Source: Felis catus
Lineage: Eukaryota
DNA: 64,000 nucleotides
Assembly: GCF_018350175.1 (NCBI RefSeq)
Contig: NC_058368.1
Location: 30,940,001 to 31,004,000, forward strand
Direction of reading: 5' to 3'
Shown here: positions 52,401 through 64,000 of the stretch, piece by piece
Layout of the letters: each line of letters opens with the position of its first letter
Numbering within the stretch: position 1 is the stretch's first letter
Notes under the pieces: generated by a model
What the model was told of the DNA's origin: nothing
What the model saw: the letters and a program-made list of their open reading frames with translations, nothing else
The model's database searches: none
Program-made: the position numbers and the translations under genes

Positions 52401-55400
52401 TTTTCTTTTTGAGAAGCCTGGCTAGAGGTTTATCAATTTTGTTTATTTTTTCAAAAAACCCCCTCTTGGTTTCATTGATCTGCTATACAGTCTTTTTTAG
52501 ATTCTGTATTGTTTATTTCTGCTCTGATCTTTATTATTTCTCTTCTTCTGCTGGGTTTGGGGTATCTTTGCTGTTCTGCTTCTATTTCCTTTAGGTGTGC
52601 TGTTAGATTTTGTATTTGGGATTTTTCTTGTTTCTTGAGATAGGCCTGGATTGCAATGTATTTTCCTCTCAGGACTGCCTTCGCTGCATCCCAAAGTCTT
52701 TGGGTTGTTGTATTTTCATTTTAATTTGTTTCCATATATTTTTAAATTTCTTCTCTAATTGCCTGGTTGACCCATTGATTCTTTAGTAGGGTGTTCTTTA
52801 ACCTCCACGCTTTTGGAGGTTTTCCAGACTTTTTCCTGTGGTTGATTTCAACCTTCATAGCATTGTGGTCTGAAAGTATGCATGGTATGATCTCAATTCT
52901 TTTATACTTATAAAGGGCTGTTTTGTGACCCAGAATGTTATCTATCTTGGAGAATCGTCCATGTGCACACGAGAAGAAAGTATATCCTGTTGCTTTGGGA
53001 TGCAGAGTTCTAAATATATATGTCAAGTCCATCTGATCCAATGTATCATTTAGGGCCCTTGTTTCTTTATTGATCCTGTGTCTGGATGATCTATCCATTG
53101 TTGTAAGTGGAGTATTAAAGTCCCCTTCAATTACCACATTCTTATCAATAAGGTTGCTTATGTTTGTGTTTAATTGTTTTATATATTTGGGGGCTCCTGT
53201 ATTCAGCACATAGACATTTATAATTGTTAGCTCTTCCTGATGGATAGACCCTGTGATTATTATATAATGCCCTTCTTCATCTCTTGTTACAGCCTTTAAT
53301 TTAAAGTCTAGTTTGTCTGATATAAGCTTGGCTACTCCAGCTTTCTTTTGACTTCCAGTAGCATGATAGATATTTCTCCATCCCCTCACTTTCAATCTGA
53401 AGGTGTCCTCAGGTGTAAAATGAGTCTCTCGTAGACAGCAAATAGATGGGTCTTGTTTTTTTTTTTTTTTTTTTTATCCATTCTGATACTATGTCTTTTG
53501 GTTGAAGCATTTAGTCCATTTACATTCAGTGTTTTTACACAAAGATATGGGTTTAGAGTCATTGCGATGTCTGTAGTTTTCATGCTTGTAGTGATGTCTC
53601 TGGTACTTTGTGGTCCTTGTAACATTTCATTCACAGAGTCCCCCTTAGGATCTCTTGTAGGGCTGGTTTACTGGTGATGAATTCCTTCAGTTTTTGTTTG
53701 TTTGGGAAGACCTTTATCTCTCCTTCTATTCTGAATGACAGACTTGGTGGATAAAGGATTCTTGGCTGCATATTTTTTTCTTTTCATCACATTGAAGATG
53801 TCCTGCCACCTTTCTGGCCTGCCATGTTTCAGTAGATAGGTCTGTCACTAGTCTTATCGGTCTCCCTTTATATGTTAGAGTGTGTTTATCCCTAGCTGCT
53901 TTCAGAATTTTCTCGTTATCCTTGTATTTTGCCAGTTTCACTATGATATGTTGTGCAGAAGATTGATTCAAGTTATGTATGAAGGGAGTTCTCTGTACCT
54001 CTTGGATTTCAATGCCTTTTTCCTTGCCCAGACCAGGGAAGTTCTCAGCTGTACTTAATTTGTTCAAGTACACCTTCAACCTCTTTCTCTCTCTCTTCCT
54101 CTTCTGGAATTCCTATTATATGGATATTGTTCCGTTTCATTGCATTGCTTAGTTCTCTAATTCTCCCCTCAAACTCCTGGATTTTTTTTATCTCTCTTTT
54201 TCTCAGCTTCCTCTTTTTCCATAATTTTATCTTCTAATTCACCTATCCTCTCCTCTCCCTCTTCAATCCGAGCTGTGGTCTCCTCCATTTTATATTGCAC
54301 CTCATTTATAGCATTTTTAGCTCCTTGTGACTATTTCTTAGTCCCTTGACCTCTGTAGCAATAGATTCTCTGCTGTCCTCTATACTTTTTTCAAGCCCAG
54401 CGATTAATTTTATGACTATTATTCTAAATTCATGTTCCTTTATGTTGTTTAAATCATTTTTGATCAATTCATTAGCTGTCTCTACTTCCTGGAGTTTCTC
54501 TTGAGGAAAATTCTTCCATTTTGTTATTTTTATAGTCCCTGGGGTGGTGTAGGACTGCAGGCAGGGCACTTCCCCTGTGCTGTTTGGAGTAACTTGTGTT
54601 GGTGGGCGGGGCTGCAGTCAGACCTGATGTCTATCCCCACCCCACCGCTGGGGCCACAGTCAGACTGGTGTGTACCTTATCTTCCCCTCTCCCAGGGGCA
54701 GGTCTCACTGTGGACTGGTGTGGCCCCTGTCTGGGCTACTTGTACAATGGCAGGCTTGTGGTGCTGCTTTGAAGGGATCTGGCGTATTAGCTGGGGTGGA
54801 TCTGCAAAGTGCACAGGGGTAGGAGGGGCAGGCATAGCTCGCTTTTTTGTTGGTGGTCCCCTGCAGGAGGGGACATGTAGCACTGGGACAGAGGCAGGCA
54901 GACCATCGGAGTGATGGATCCACAGAAGCACAGCATTGGGTATTTGCGTGGTGCAAGCAAGTTCAGTGACAGGAACTGGTTCCCTTTGGGATTTTAGCTG
55001 GGGAATGGGAGAGGGAGATGGCGCTGGCCAGCAGCTTTGTTCCCCTGCCAGGCTGAGCTCTGTTTTCCAGGGCTCAACAACTCTCCCTCCTGGTGTCCTC
55101 TTGCCCTTCCGCTCTCTGAGCAGAGCGGTTGACTTATAACATTCCAGATGTTAAGTCCCACTGGCTGTCAGAACTCACTCCTTCCGACCCCTCCGTTTTT
55201 GCAAGCCAGGCTCGGGGGCTCTGCCTTGTAGGGTGGGCTGCCCCTTCACTGCCCCGCCTCCCTCCTGCCAATCCATGTAGCACGCACTGCCTCTCCACCC
55301 TTCCTACCCTCCTCCGTGGGTCTCTTGTCTACAGTTTGCTCCTGAGAGTCCATTCTGCTAGTCTTCTGGTGGTTTTCTGGGTTATTTAGGCAGATATGGG

Positions 55401-55464
55401 TGGAATCTAAGTGATCATCAGGACGCAGTGAGCCCAGCGTCCTCCTATGCCACCATCTTGCCCC
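49481..55464 (-). mobile_element. Full-length but disabled cat-lineage L1 ('A')
   Basis: 5'UTR from 'ggggcaagatggtggc'. ORF1 pieces 54306..54569 and 53726..54079; endonuclease 52742..53395; RT 51319..51561 ([11 protein letters not shown]); Cys-rich C-terminus 49831..50289; 3'UTR and tail. Multiple frameshifts. Confidence 0.97.
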
Positions 55465-55473
55465 ATAAAAAAA

Positions 55474-58400
55474 TCTCCATATATTTTTTAAAATTTCTTC
55501 TTTAATTGCATGGTTGACCCATTTGTTCTGTAGTAGGATGTTCTTTAACCTCCCTGCATTTGGAGATTTTTCCAAACTTTCTCTTGTGGTTGATTTGAAG
55601 TTTCATAGTGTTCTGATCCATGAAAGTGTGTATGATATGATCTCAATTCTTTTATAGTTATTGAGGGCTGTTTTGTAACCCAGCATGTGATCTATCTTGG
55701 AGAATGTTCCATGCACACTTGAGAATACTGTATATTCTGCTGCTTTAGTATGAAAAGTTCTAAATATATCTGTCAAGTCTGTCTGGTCCAGTGTATCATT
55801 CAGGGCCATTGTTTCTTTATTGATTTTCTGTCTAGATGATCTGTCCATTGCTATAAATGGAGTATTAAAGTCCCCTGCAATTACCATGTTCTTACCAATA
55901 ATATTGGTTATGTTTGTGATTATCTCATATATTTGGGTTCTCCCAAATTTGGTGCACAGACATTTATAATTGTTAGTTCTTCTTGATGGATAGACCCTGT
56001 AGTTATTATATAATGCCCTTCTTCATCTCTTATTACAACCTTTAGTTTAAAATCTAATTTGTCTGTTATAAGTATGGCTACTCTAGCTTTCTTTTGGCTT
56101 CCAGTAGCATGATAGATGGTTCTCCATCCCTTCACTTTCAATCTGAAGGTGTTCTTAGGTCTAAAATGGGTCTGTTTTAGATAGCAAATAGATAGGGTTT
56201 TTTTTAAATCTATTCTGATACCCTATGTCTTTTGATTAGAGCGTTTAGTCCATTTACATTCAGTGTCATTGTTGAAAGATATAGGTTTGAATCATTGTGT
56301 TATATGTAGGTTTCATGCTTGTAGTGATGTCTCTGGTCCTTTGTGGTCCTTGAAACATTTCACTCACAGAGTCTCCTTAGGATCTTGTGTAGGGCTGGTT
56401 TAGTGGTGATGAATTCCTTCAGCTTTTGTTTGTTTGAGAAAACTTTTATCTCTCCTTCCACTCTGAATGACAGGCTTGCTGGATAAAGGATTCTTGGCTG
56501 CATATTTTTCCTGTTCATTACATTGAAAATTTCTTGCCACTCCTTTCTGGCCTGTTAACTTTCAGTAGATAGATCTAATACTACCCTATGTGTCTACCCT
56601 TGCATGTTTGGGCCCGTTTATTCCTCGTGCTTTCAGAATTCTCTCTTTATCTTTGCATTTTGCCAGTTTCACTATGATATGTTGTGCAGAAGATTGATTC
56701 AAGTTATGTCTGAAGGGTGTGGTCTGTGCCTCCTGGATTTCAATGTCTGTCTCTTTCCCCAAATTGGGGAAGTTCTCAGCTATGATTTGTTCAAGTACAT
56801 CTTTGTCCCCTTTCTTCTTCTTCTTCTGGAACTCCTATGATACAGGTATTGTTCTGTTTCATTGAATCACTTACTACTCTAATTCTCCCCTCATGATCCA
56901 GATTTTTTTTATCTTTCTTTTTATCAGTCTCATCTTTTTGCATAATTTTATCTTCTATTTCACCTATTCTCCCCTCTGCTTCTTCAGTCCTCACTGTTGC
57001 CACCTTCGTTTCATTTTGCACCTCATTTGTATCATTTTTTAATTCATCATGACAATTTTTTAGTTCCTTGACCTTTGAAGCAATAGATTCTCTGCTGTTT
57101 TCTATGCTTTTTTCAAGCCCAACGATTAGGATTATTATTTTAAATTCTTGTTCAGTTATATTGTTTATATCTGTTTTGAGCAATTCTTTAGTTGTCATTT
57201 CTTCCTGGAATTTCTTTCGATGAAAATTCTTCTGTTTCATCATTTTGGCTAGTTTTCTGTCCCTAATGTGTTTTAAAAGCTTGTTATGTGCCCTGCACCT
57301 GCAAGCACTACTATATTAAAGAGGGATCATACATTGTTCAGGGACTAGCCCTTCAGGAGGTGTTTTTTTTGGAGTGTTACTTGTTCTCTATTGTTGTGAC
57401 TTTGGTTACTTTATCTCCTTATTCATAGTGATGTTTTGGACCCTCCACCAGGTGTGCTTTGATTTGTTTTTTGAAGTAGCCTGGAAAGGAAAACAAACAA
57501 CAAACAGAAAACAAAAATGCAAACATACAAACAAAGAAAAACAACAACAACAACAACAACAACAAAAATCCAGAAACACCAGCTGCCAGTAAACAACAGG
57601 GTGGAGATGGTACTGATGGAAGAGCACATACAAAGAGAGAAATAACAGGGGCGGGGAAATAAAAAAAAATAAACATTGACAGGGCAGAGAAACTGTACAG
57701 CTTAATCCAAAGAGAGAGAAAGGAAAATAAAGAAGGAGGCAGGGGAAAAGAAAAGAAGATGAAGTCCAGACAGGGAAACTATACAGCTTAATCCAGAGAG
57801 ATAGAAAGAAAAATAAGGAAGGAGGTGTAGAGCATGTATCAAGAAAATTGATTAAATATGTCTGTTTAAACAAACCAACAACCAGAGTAACCAGGCTAGA
57901 GGAGGGAAGAGAGAAGGAGAAAAGGAAGGAGGAATGTATCTATATTATAAGAATTGTCAGAGATTTAAACCCGGCACTGCAGCAGTGCAGGTCTGGAGGA
58001 GGGGCTGTCTGGTTCCTCAGCATCTAGCCTGCTCCAGTACCTGGCACAGAGGGCATGGTTTGGAATAGTCGAGTCCCGCCTCCACTGGGTCCCTATGGGC
58101 CAATCCCTGAGGCCCCCACTCGGTGGAGGTGGTGGGGAGAAAAATGGCGACACCCCGTCTCTCCTCCAGGGACGTGGTATCCCAAAGCACTCTGTTTGAG
58201 CCGTCCTCACTGTGCCGCGAGCATAAATGAGGCGGTTTGTCTCGCTTTGCGACTCGCATGCCCTGGTACTTGGCTGGGATTCATACTGCCATTCTACACA
58301 CCCCTGGACTGGAGAAGCACCACTCAGTGCCACCCAATATGTGGTCTCTGGTTGGCGGATACAGGCAGGCTTTGTCCTGTATCACAGCATTCCAGGATGG

Positions 58401-58834
58401 GGATCACTTTCTCCTAGTGCAGACTGCACCCCTGACCTAGCCACAGGCCCGGGGCTGGCTCCCCTCCTCCCCAGGTGCCTGATGCTGGCAGCTGACCCTA
58501 GTCCGGAGAAAGCCCCTTGGTTAGAGATTGGATCTTTCTCCATCCCAGTCTGAGGTCTTTCTGTCGTCCAGATACAGTTTTGTGCTTCCCCAGCCTCTCT
58601 TTCTCTTCCCTTTATCTCTCCGCAGAAGGGGATCCCTCCCCTCTGTTGATCTCTCCCAGTTCACCATCACTTACCTATGGCCTATCAGGTTGTCCCAGTG
58701 GGTCTCTGGAAGTGATTCTGTCTCTTTGCCTCCCAGACTATTGGGGGTCAAAGTCCTTTGGCTTCAACTCTGCTTTGTTTGAGAGATGAGGGAACTTCAG
58801 ATCCCCCTACTTATCCACCATGTTGGCCCCTGCC
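55474..58834 (-). mobile_element. 5' half of a second L1 ('C') with a different 1.6-kb 5'UTR, ORF1 and endonuclease domain
   Basis: 5' 'ggggccaacatggtgg'. ORF1 56791..57243; endonuclease 55920..56141 and 55603..55887. Confidence 0.95.
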
Positions 58835-58848
58835 TGTAATAAACTTTC

Positions 58849-58965
58849 AAAAATATCACTTAATCCTCATAAGTCTGGTAGAAGACATTAATTTATCAGT
58901 TTTATAGAAAAAAAGTTGAGTCTTCACAATGTTATGAATTATATCCTAGCCCACACAGCAAGGCT
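58849..58965 (-). mobile_element. Right half of a MIR split by the composite L1 (left half about 49430-49480)
   Basis: 'cacttaatcctcata...ttttatagaaaaaaagttgag...cacacagcaag' continues the MIR from 'acattcacttaacacttaatatg'. Confidence 0.7.
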
Positions 58966-59217
58966 ATTGTGTTGAAGATACCACAGATCTTATTCCATAA
59001 TCAATGAATTAAAATTTAAAACAAGAGCTTCTCATATTTCAGTAATGTGTGTACCCTCATTAAAATATCAAAATATTTCTGAATATTCCTACTGTATAAT
59101 TAAATGAGCATTGTGATATTACTTAAACATAGAAATATAGTGGTGAAATTCTTGTACTTATAGATTTGTGGAAACGAAAATAAATCAACATTAGGTTTTA
59201 TAAATTTTATAAATCAA

Positions 59218-61283
59218 GATGTCCACTCTCACCACCATTGTTTAATATAGTGTTGGAAGTTCTAGTATCAGCAATCAGACATGAAAAAGAAATCAAACGC
59301 ATCAAAACTGGCAGAGATGAAGTCAAGCTTTCACTTTTTGCAGATGACATGATAGTATACATGGAAAATCTGATAGACTCCACCAGAAGTCTGCTAGAAC
59401 TGATACATGAATTCAGCAAAGTTGCAGGGTACAAAGTTAATGTACAGAAATCAGTTGCATTCTTATACACTAATAATGAAGCAACAGAAAGACAAATACA
59501 GAAACGGATCCCATTCACAATTGCACCAAGAAGCATAAAATACCTAGGAATAAACCTAACCAAGATGTAAAAGATCTGTATGCTGAAAACTATAGAAAGC
59601 TTATGAAGGAAATTGAAGAAGATACAAAGAAATGGAAAAACATTCTGTGCTCATGGATTGGAAGAATAAATATTGTTAAAATGTCAATACTACCCAAAGC
59701 TATCTACACATTCAATGCAATCCCAATCAAAATGACACCAGCCTTCTCAATGCTAGAAAAAAAAATCCTAAAACTTGTGTGGAACCCACAAAAGACCCCG
59801 AATAGCCAAAGTAATACTGAAGAAGAAGACCAAAGTAGGAGGCATCACAACCCCAGACTTTAGCCTCTACTACAAAGCTGAAATAATCAAGACAATATGG
59901 TATTGACACAAAAACAGACACATAGACCAATGGAATAGAATAGAGAACCCAAAATTGGACCCAAAAAATGTATGTCCAACTACTCTTTGACTAAGCAGGA
60001 AAAAGTATTCAATGGATAAAAGACAGTCTCTTTAGCAAATGGTGCTGGGAGAACTGGACAACAACATGCAGAAGAATGAAACTAGACCACTTTCTTACAC
60101 CATACACAAAAATAAACTCAAAATGGATGCAGGACCTGAATGTGAGACAAGAAACCATCAAAACCCTAGAGGAGAAAGTAGGCAAAAACCTCTCTGACCT
60201 CAGCTGCAGCAATTTCTTACCTGATACATCTCCAAAGGCAAGGGAATTAAAAGCAAAAAGGAACTATTGGGACCTCATCCAGATAAAAAGCTTCTGCACT
60301 GCGAAGGAAACAATCAACAAAACTAAAAGACAACCAGTGGAATGGGAAAAGATATTTGCAAATGACATATCAGACAAAGGGCTAGAATTCAAAATCTATA
60401 AAGAAGTCACCAAACTCCACACCCAAAAAACAAATAATCCAGTGAAGAAATGGACAGAAGACATGAATGGACATTTTTCCAAAGAAGAAATCCAGATTAC
60501 CAACAGGCACATGAAAAGATGCTCAACATCACTCCTCATCAGGGAAATACAAATCAAAACCACACTGAGATACCACCTCCTGCCAATCAGAGTGGCTAAA
60601 ATGAACAAATCAGGACACTATACATGCTGGAGAGGATGTGGAGAAACGGGAACCCTCTTGCACTGTTGGTGGGAATGCAAACTGGTGCAGCCACTCTGGA
60701 AAACAGTGTGGAGGTTCTTCAAAAAATTAAAAATAGAACTACCCTATGACCTAGCAGTAGCACTACTCAGAATTTACCCAAGAGATACAGGAGTGCTGAT
60801 GCATAGGGGCACATGTACCCCAATGTTTATAGCAGTGCTTTCAACTTTAGTCAAATTATGGAACGAGCCTAAATGTCCATCACCTGTTGAATGGATAAAA
60901 GAAGATGTGGTTTACACATGCAATGGAATACTACTTGACAAAGAAAACAAATGAAATCTGGCCATTTGTAGGATGGAATTAGAGGGTATTATGCTATGTG
61001 AAATAAGTCAGTCAGAGAAAGACAGATACCATATGTTTTTACTCTTTTGTGGATCTTGAGAAACTTAACAGAAGACCATGGGGGAGAGAATGGGGGAAAA
61101 AAGTTACAGAGAGGGAAGGAGGCAAACCATAAGAGACTCTCAAAAACTGAGAATAAACTGAGGGTTCATGGGGGATGGGAGTGAGGGGAAAGTGGGTGAT
61201 GGGCATTGAGGACAGCACCTGTTGGGATGAGCACTGGGTGTTGTATGGAAACCAATTTGACAATAAATTACATATTAAAAAAA
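59218..61283 (+). mobile_element. 5'-truncated cat-lineage L1 ('B'), inverted relative to A
   Basis: ORFs 59238..59570 (FADDM), 59603..59863 and 60076..60954. 3'UTR ends 'aatttgacaataaattacatattaaaaaaa'. Confidence 0.97.
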
Positions 61284-61515
61284 TGTTTCATAATCCTATC
61301 TCTCATCTATAAAGACTGTATGTCTTCTTGTAGAATATGAGTATATTAAACATATATTAAACAAAATAAAGCCTTTACCCTAAAAAAATGACAAATCAAG
61401 TAAAAACAAAAGTGTAAAAAATTGATTCAAATTAACAGCATTATTATAATACATTATTATTTGCAAAATTAAATTCCTAAAATGTGAATTCTGTATTGAT
61501 AGCTATAGCTTAAGC

Positions 61516-61976
61516 TGTTTATTATCTGCATAGGTAGATTCTGCTACATTGATAATGGGCTTCAAATATCAGTGCCTTAACACATACAATTCTATCACAT
61601 GACTTACATTGTTGATTCTCTAGGGCAGATTTCACCATGCTAATTTGGGATCTCCATGCTTAGCACCAAAGCAGATAAACAACTAGAGTAATATACAGAA
61701 TAATTTTCCCTGCCTCATCTTTGAGGCGACACTGTAAACCATAATGATTACCATGTATTAAATGCCTGTGATGTGCATGATAATATATCAGGCATTTTAT
61801 TGTTTTTAATTTTTTATGTTTTTAATGTTGATTTATTTTTGAGAGACAGAGACACAGCTCAAGACTAAGATAAGAACTAGTCACATGGCCCCATCTAAAT
61901 ATAAGAGGGCTGGCTGCTGTATGTCCCAAGAATGACATTATCATGTATATTGGTGAGTACAAATAATGACTATCAT
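61516..61976 (-). mobile_element. MLT1-like LTR interrupted by a templated insertion
   Basis: 'aaatatcagtgccttaaca', 'aactagtcacatggccccatctaa' and 'attggtgagtacaaataatgactatca'. Confidence 0.7.
61728..61860 (+). repeat. Dispersed local copy of 62793-62920 (templated insertion)
   Basis: Near-identical 'gacactgt(t)aaaccataatgattacca.gtattaaatgcctgtgatgtgcatgataatatatcaggcattttatt...gagagacagagacacagctc'. Confidence 0.95.
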
Positions 61977-62865
61977 GATTCCAAAACTGAAATGCTGTAC
62001 TCTTAAATGGTTTCAAACTGTATTACCATGCACATAAAATACATTTAATTTCTGTTATTGGTAAATTACTAAACATGAATACAAGATTAAATACAGATGT
62101 TTGTTATTGTTTTAATATTGGAACTATGGGCAGTAAGCTCTGCCTTTCAGTATCTTGAAACTGAGAGACTGCCATTTCTATAGATGCTCTCTTGGCCCCA
62201 AAATAATCTTAAATACAAAATGCAAGTATGAGCCATGAGCTTCTAGACAATATTTGGTTAAAAGGTGGTCACTGAGATGATTCAGAATAAGAATTTTTTA
62301 TTATCTTCAATAACTCAAAGTAACATTGGATAGAGAAGTCATGGCCACATGTGAGAATACGTTGCCAACCCCACAGTTTGAGAAACAGTGTACTGTCTAC
62401 AGCTATTCTCACTGTAGAGCAAAGTGACAAGATGAGTAGAAAATGAATAAAAAAAATGTTCAAGAGCAAGATGATTGTGGAGTGGAGTGGTAGTGAAAGG
62501 ATTCATGGGCAGGAAGGATTTGAGCTCAGCCTTGAAAAAATAAGAGGACTTAAACAGAAAGGAGAGAATTGGAGTCTCAGCAGGCTGAACATCATAAAAG
62601 AAGAAGGGGAGAGAGCAAGGTTTGTTCATGGGTTAAGAAGGTGAACTTATTTGGAATGAAGAGTTTGTTCTGAAGAGTATTTCCTGTTTTATGTATAATG
62701 AAAAGCTAGAGAAAAATTCTAAGTGAAAAACTGTGCCTCCTTGAAAATGGTGCTTTGGACAAATAATGTAATTTTCAGTGATTAGTGGTGGTGACACTGT
62801 TAAACCATAATGATTACCACGTATTAAATGCCTGTGATGTGCATGATAATATATCAGGCATTTTA

Positions 62866-62936
62866 TTTTTTAAAAATTTTTTTAATGTTGATTTATTTAT
62901 GAGAGACAGAGACACAGCTCTATTGGGGGAGGGACA

Positions 62937-62987
<51 letters not shown>

Positions 62988-63114
62988 TCCAAAGCAGGCT
63001 CCAGACTCTGGGCTGTCAGCACAGACCCTGACCCGGGGCTCGAACCCACAAGCTGTGAGATCATGACCTGAGCTGAAGTCTGATGCTTGACCAACTGAGC
63101 CACCCAGGAACCCC
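62866..63114 (-). mobile_element. Can-SINE with internal (CA)n, inserted in a MIR (about 62795-63320)
   Basis: TSD caggcatttta (62855-62865) / cagacatttta (63115-63125). MIR core 'ttttacaggtaaggaaa' on the right. Confidence 0.93.
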
Positions 63115-64000
63115 CAGACATTTTAGATAAAATATCTAATTTCATGATAACCTGAGGCCTAAAAGTTAGATAATACTCTCCTTGTTTTACAGGTAAGGAA
63201 AGAGATCTCAAACGTGTTGGGTAACTTCTCTACAGTAATAGTAAGTGCCCTGAAAGGAGGGATTTAAATCCAGTTTGATACCAAAATTCAAGTTGTTTCT
63301 ACTATATCCTGCTAAGTGAAAGAGGGCTGTCCTTTTCCGGCCCTCTAGTAAACAAATTCTATTCATCAATAAATTAGTCACCCACAATGGAGTCAATCTT
63401 TACTGAGGGAAATCAATTTTGTTTCTTTCACAGAACTGAGTACATAAAGTTTGCACGTGATCAACCTTGCTAACAATAAAGTATACCTTTTTGTGACTAT
63501 CAAGAGAAAAGTAACCTAGTTGGAAATATTTCTATTATGATAAGTTAGCATCTATCAAATACTCTGAGTATGGCATTAGGTTGCATTCACTTTTATCAGA
63601 ATTCGGAAAATATAGGATATTAATAAAAAGGAAATAGTGTTCACCTTATCAGACATTTATTATCCTATACTTTTTTTGTTCATTTTCCTAGAGACAAATC
63701 AATAAAATTTGTAGTCTCAATGAGATAAATAATTGTGTTACTGCATTCCCAAGCCAATTAATGCAATCAGTTTTCCCCTGCTCCTTTTTATTAGTTGCTC
63801 TGAGATACTTAGCAGGTAGGTATAAAATACTCTCAAAGGCATGAAATGGCCCTCAGACTTTGGTGGCAGATAACGGGAGCAATCAACAAGGAGGCACTAG
63901 TCATCATCAAGGAGGCTTCAGTAATAAACTAGGAAATAATGAAAGTCATCCTTAGGGAAGTGGAATCAATATCCAAGTTCAATAGACAATGACATAGAAC

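Noticed and set aside
57685..57820. Two copies of 'aaact.tacagcttaatcca.agaga.agaaag.aaaataa'
   Set aside because: They lie in the L1 C 5'UTR, where tandem subrepeats are a normal feature.
54540..58830. GC-rich stretches with many ORFs as a CpG-island gene promoter
   Set aside because: They are L1 5'UTRs, and the ORFs reflect GC content.
60076..60954. Longest ORF (292 aa) as a functional gene
   Set aside because: It is the C-terminal part of L1 ORF2 in a 5'-truncated copy, with a stop and frameshifts upstream and a frameshifted end.
1..64000. CRISPR arrays, rRNA or tRNA genes, NUMTs, processed pseudogenes, viral ORFs
   Set aside because: None were recognised. The tRNA-like A/B boxes all belong to Can-SINE heads.

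Overview
Mammalian genomic DNA, very probably from a felid (young SINEC_Fc-type Can-SINEs and cat-type L1 3' ends). It is AT-rich, repeat-dense intergenic or intronic sequence. I found no intact host protein-coding exon: the recognisable ORFs are broken LINE-1 ORF1/ORF2 remnants and the rest look like chance frames. Repeats include several L1s of different ages, 10 Can-SINEs (most with target-site duplications, TSDs), L2/MIR/L3 relics, MaLR LTRs and DNA-transposon fossils (MER5A-, MER46C-, MER82- and MER102-like). Family names are from memory of consensus sequences, not from a search. The most interesting signals are structural. (1) A 9.35-kb composite L1 with two 5'UTRs, two ORF1s and one 3' end sits inside one TSD and splits a MIR. 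(2) Patchwork gene conversion links this L1 to an inverted L1 about 8-11 kb away, with shared disabling mutations. (3) Three independent 130-250 bp insertions were copied from 1-2 kb away, and one preserves the pre-L1 empty site. (4) A 20-bp perfect palindrome anchors a cluster of four AP-1 sites. All alignments were done by eye and boundaries of old repeats are approximate.
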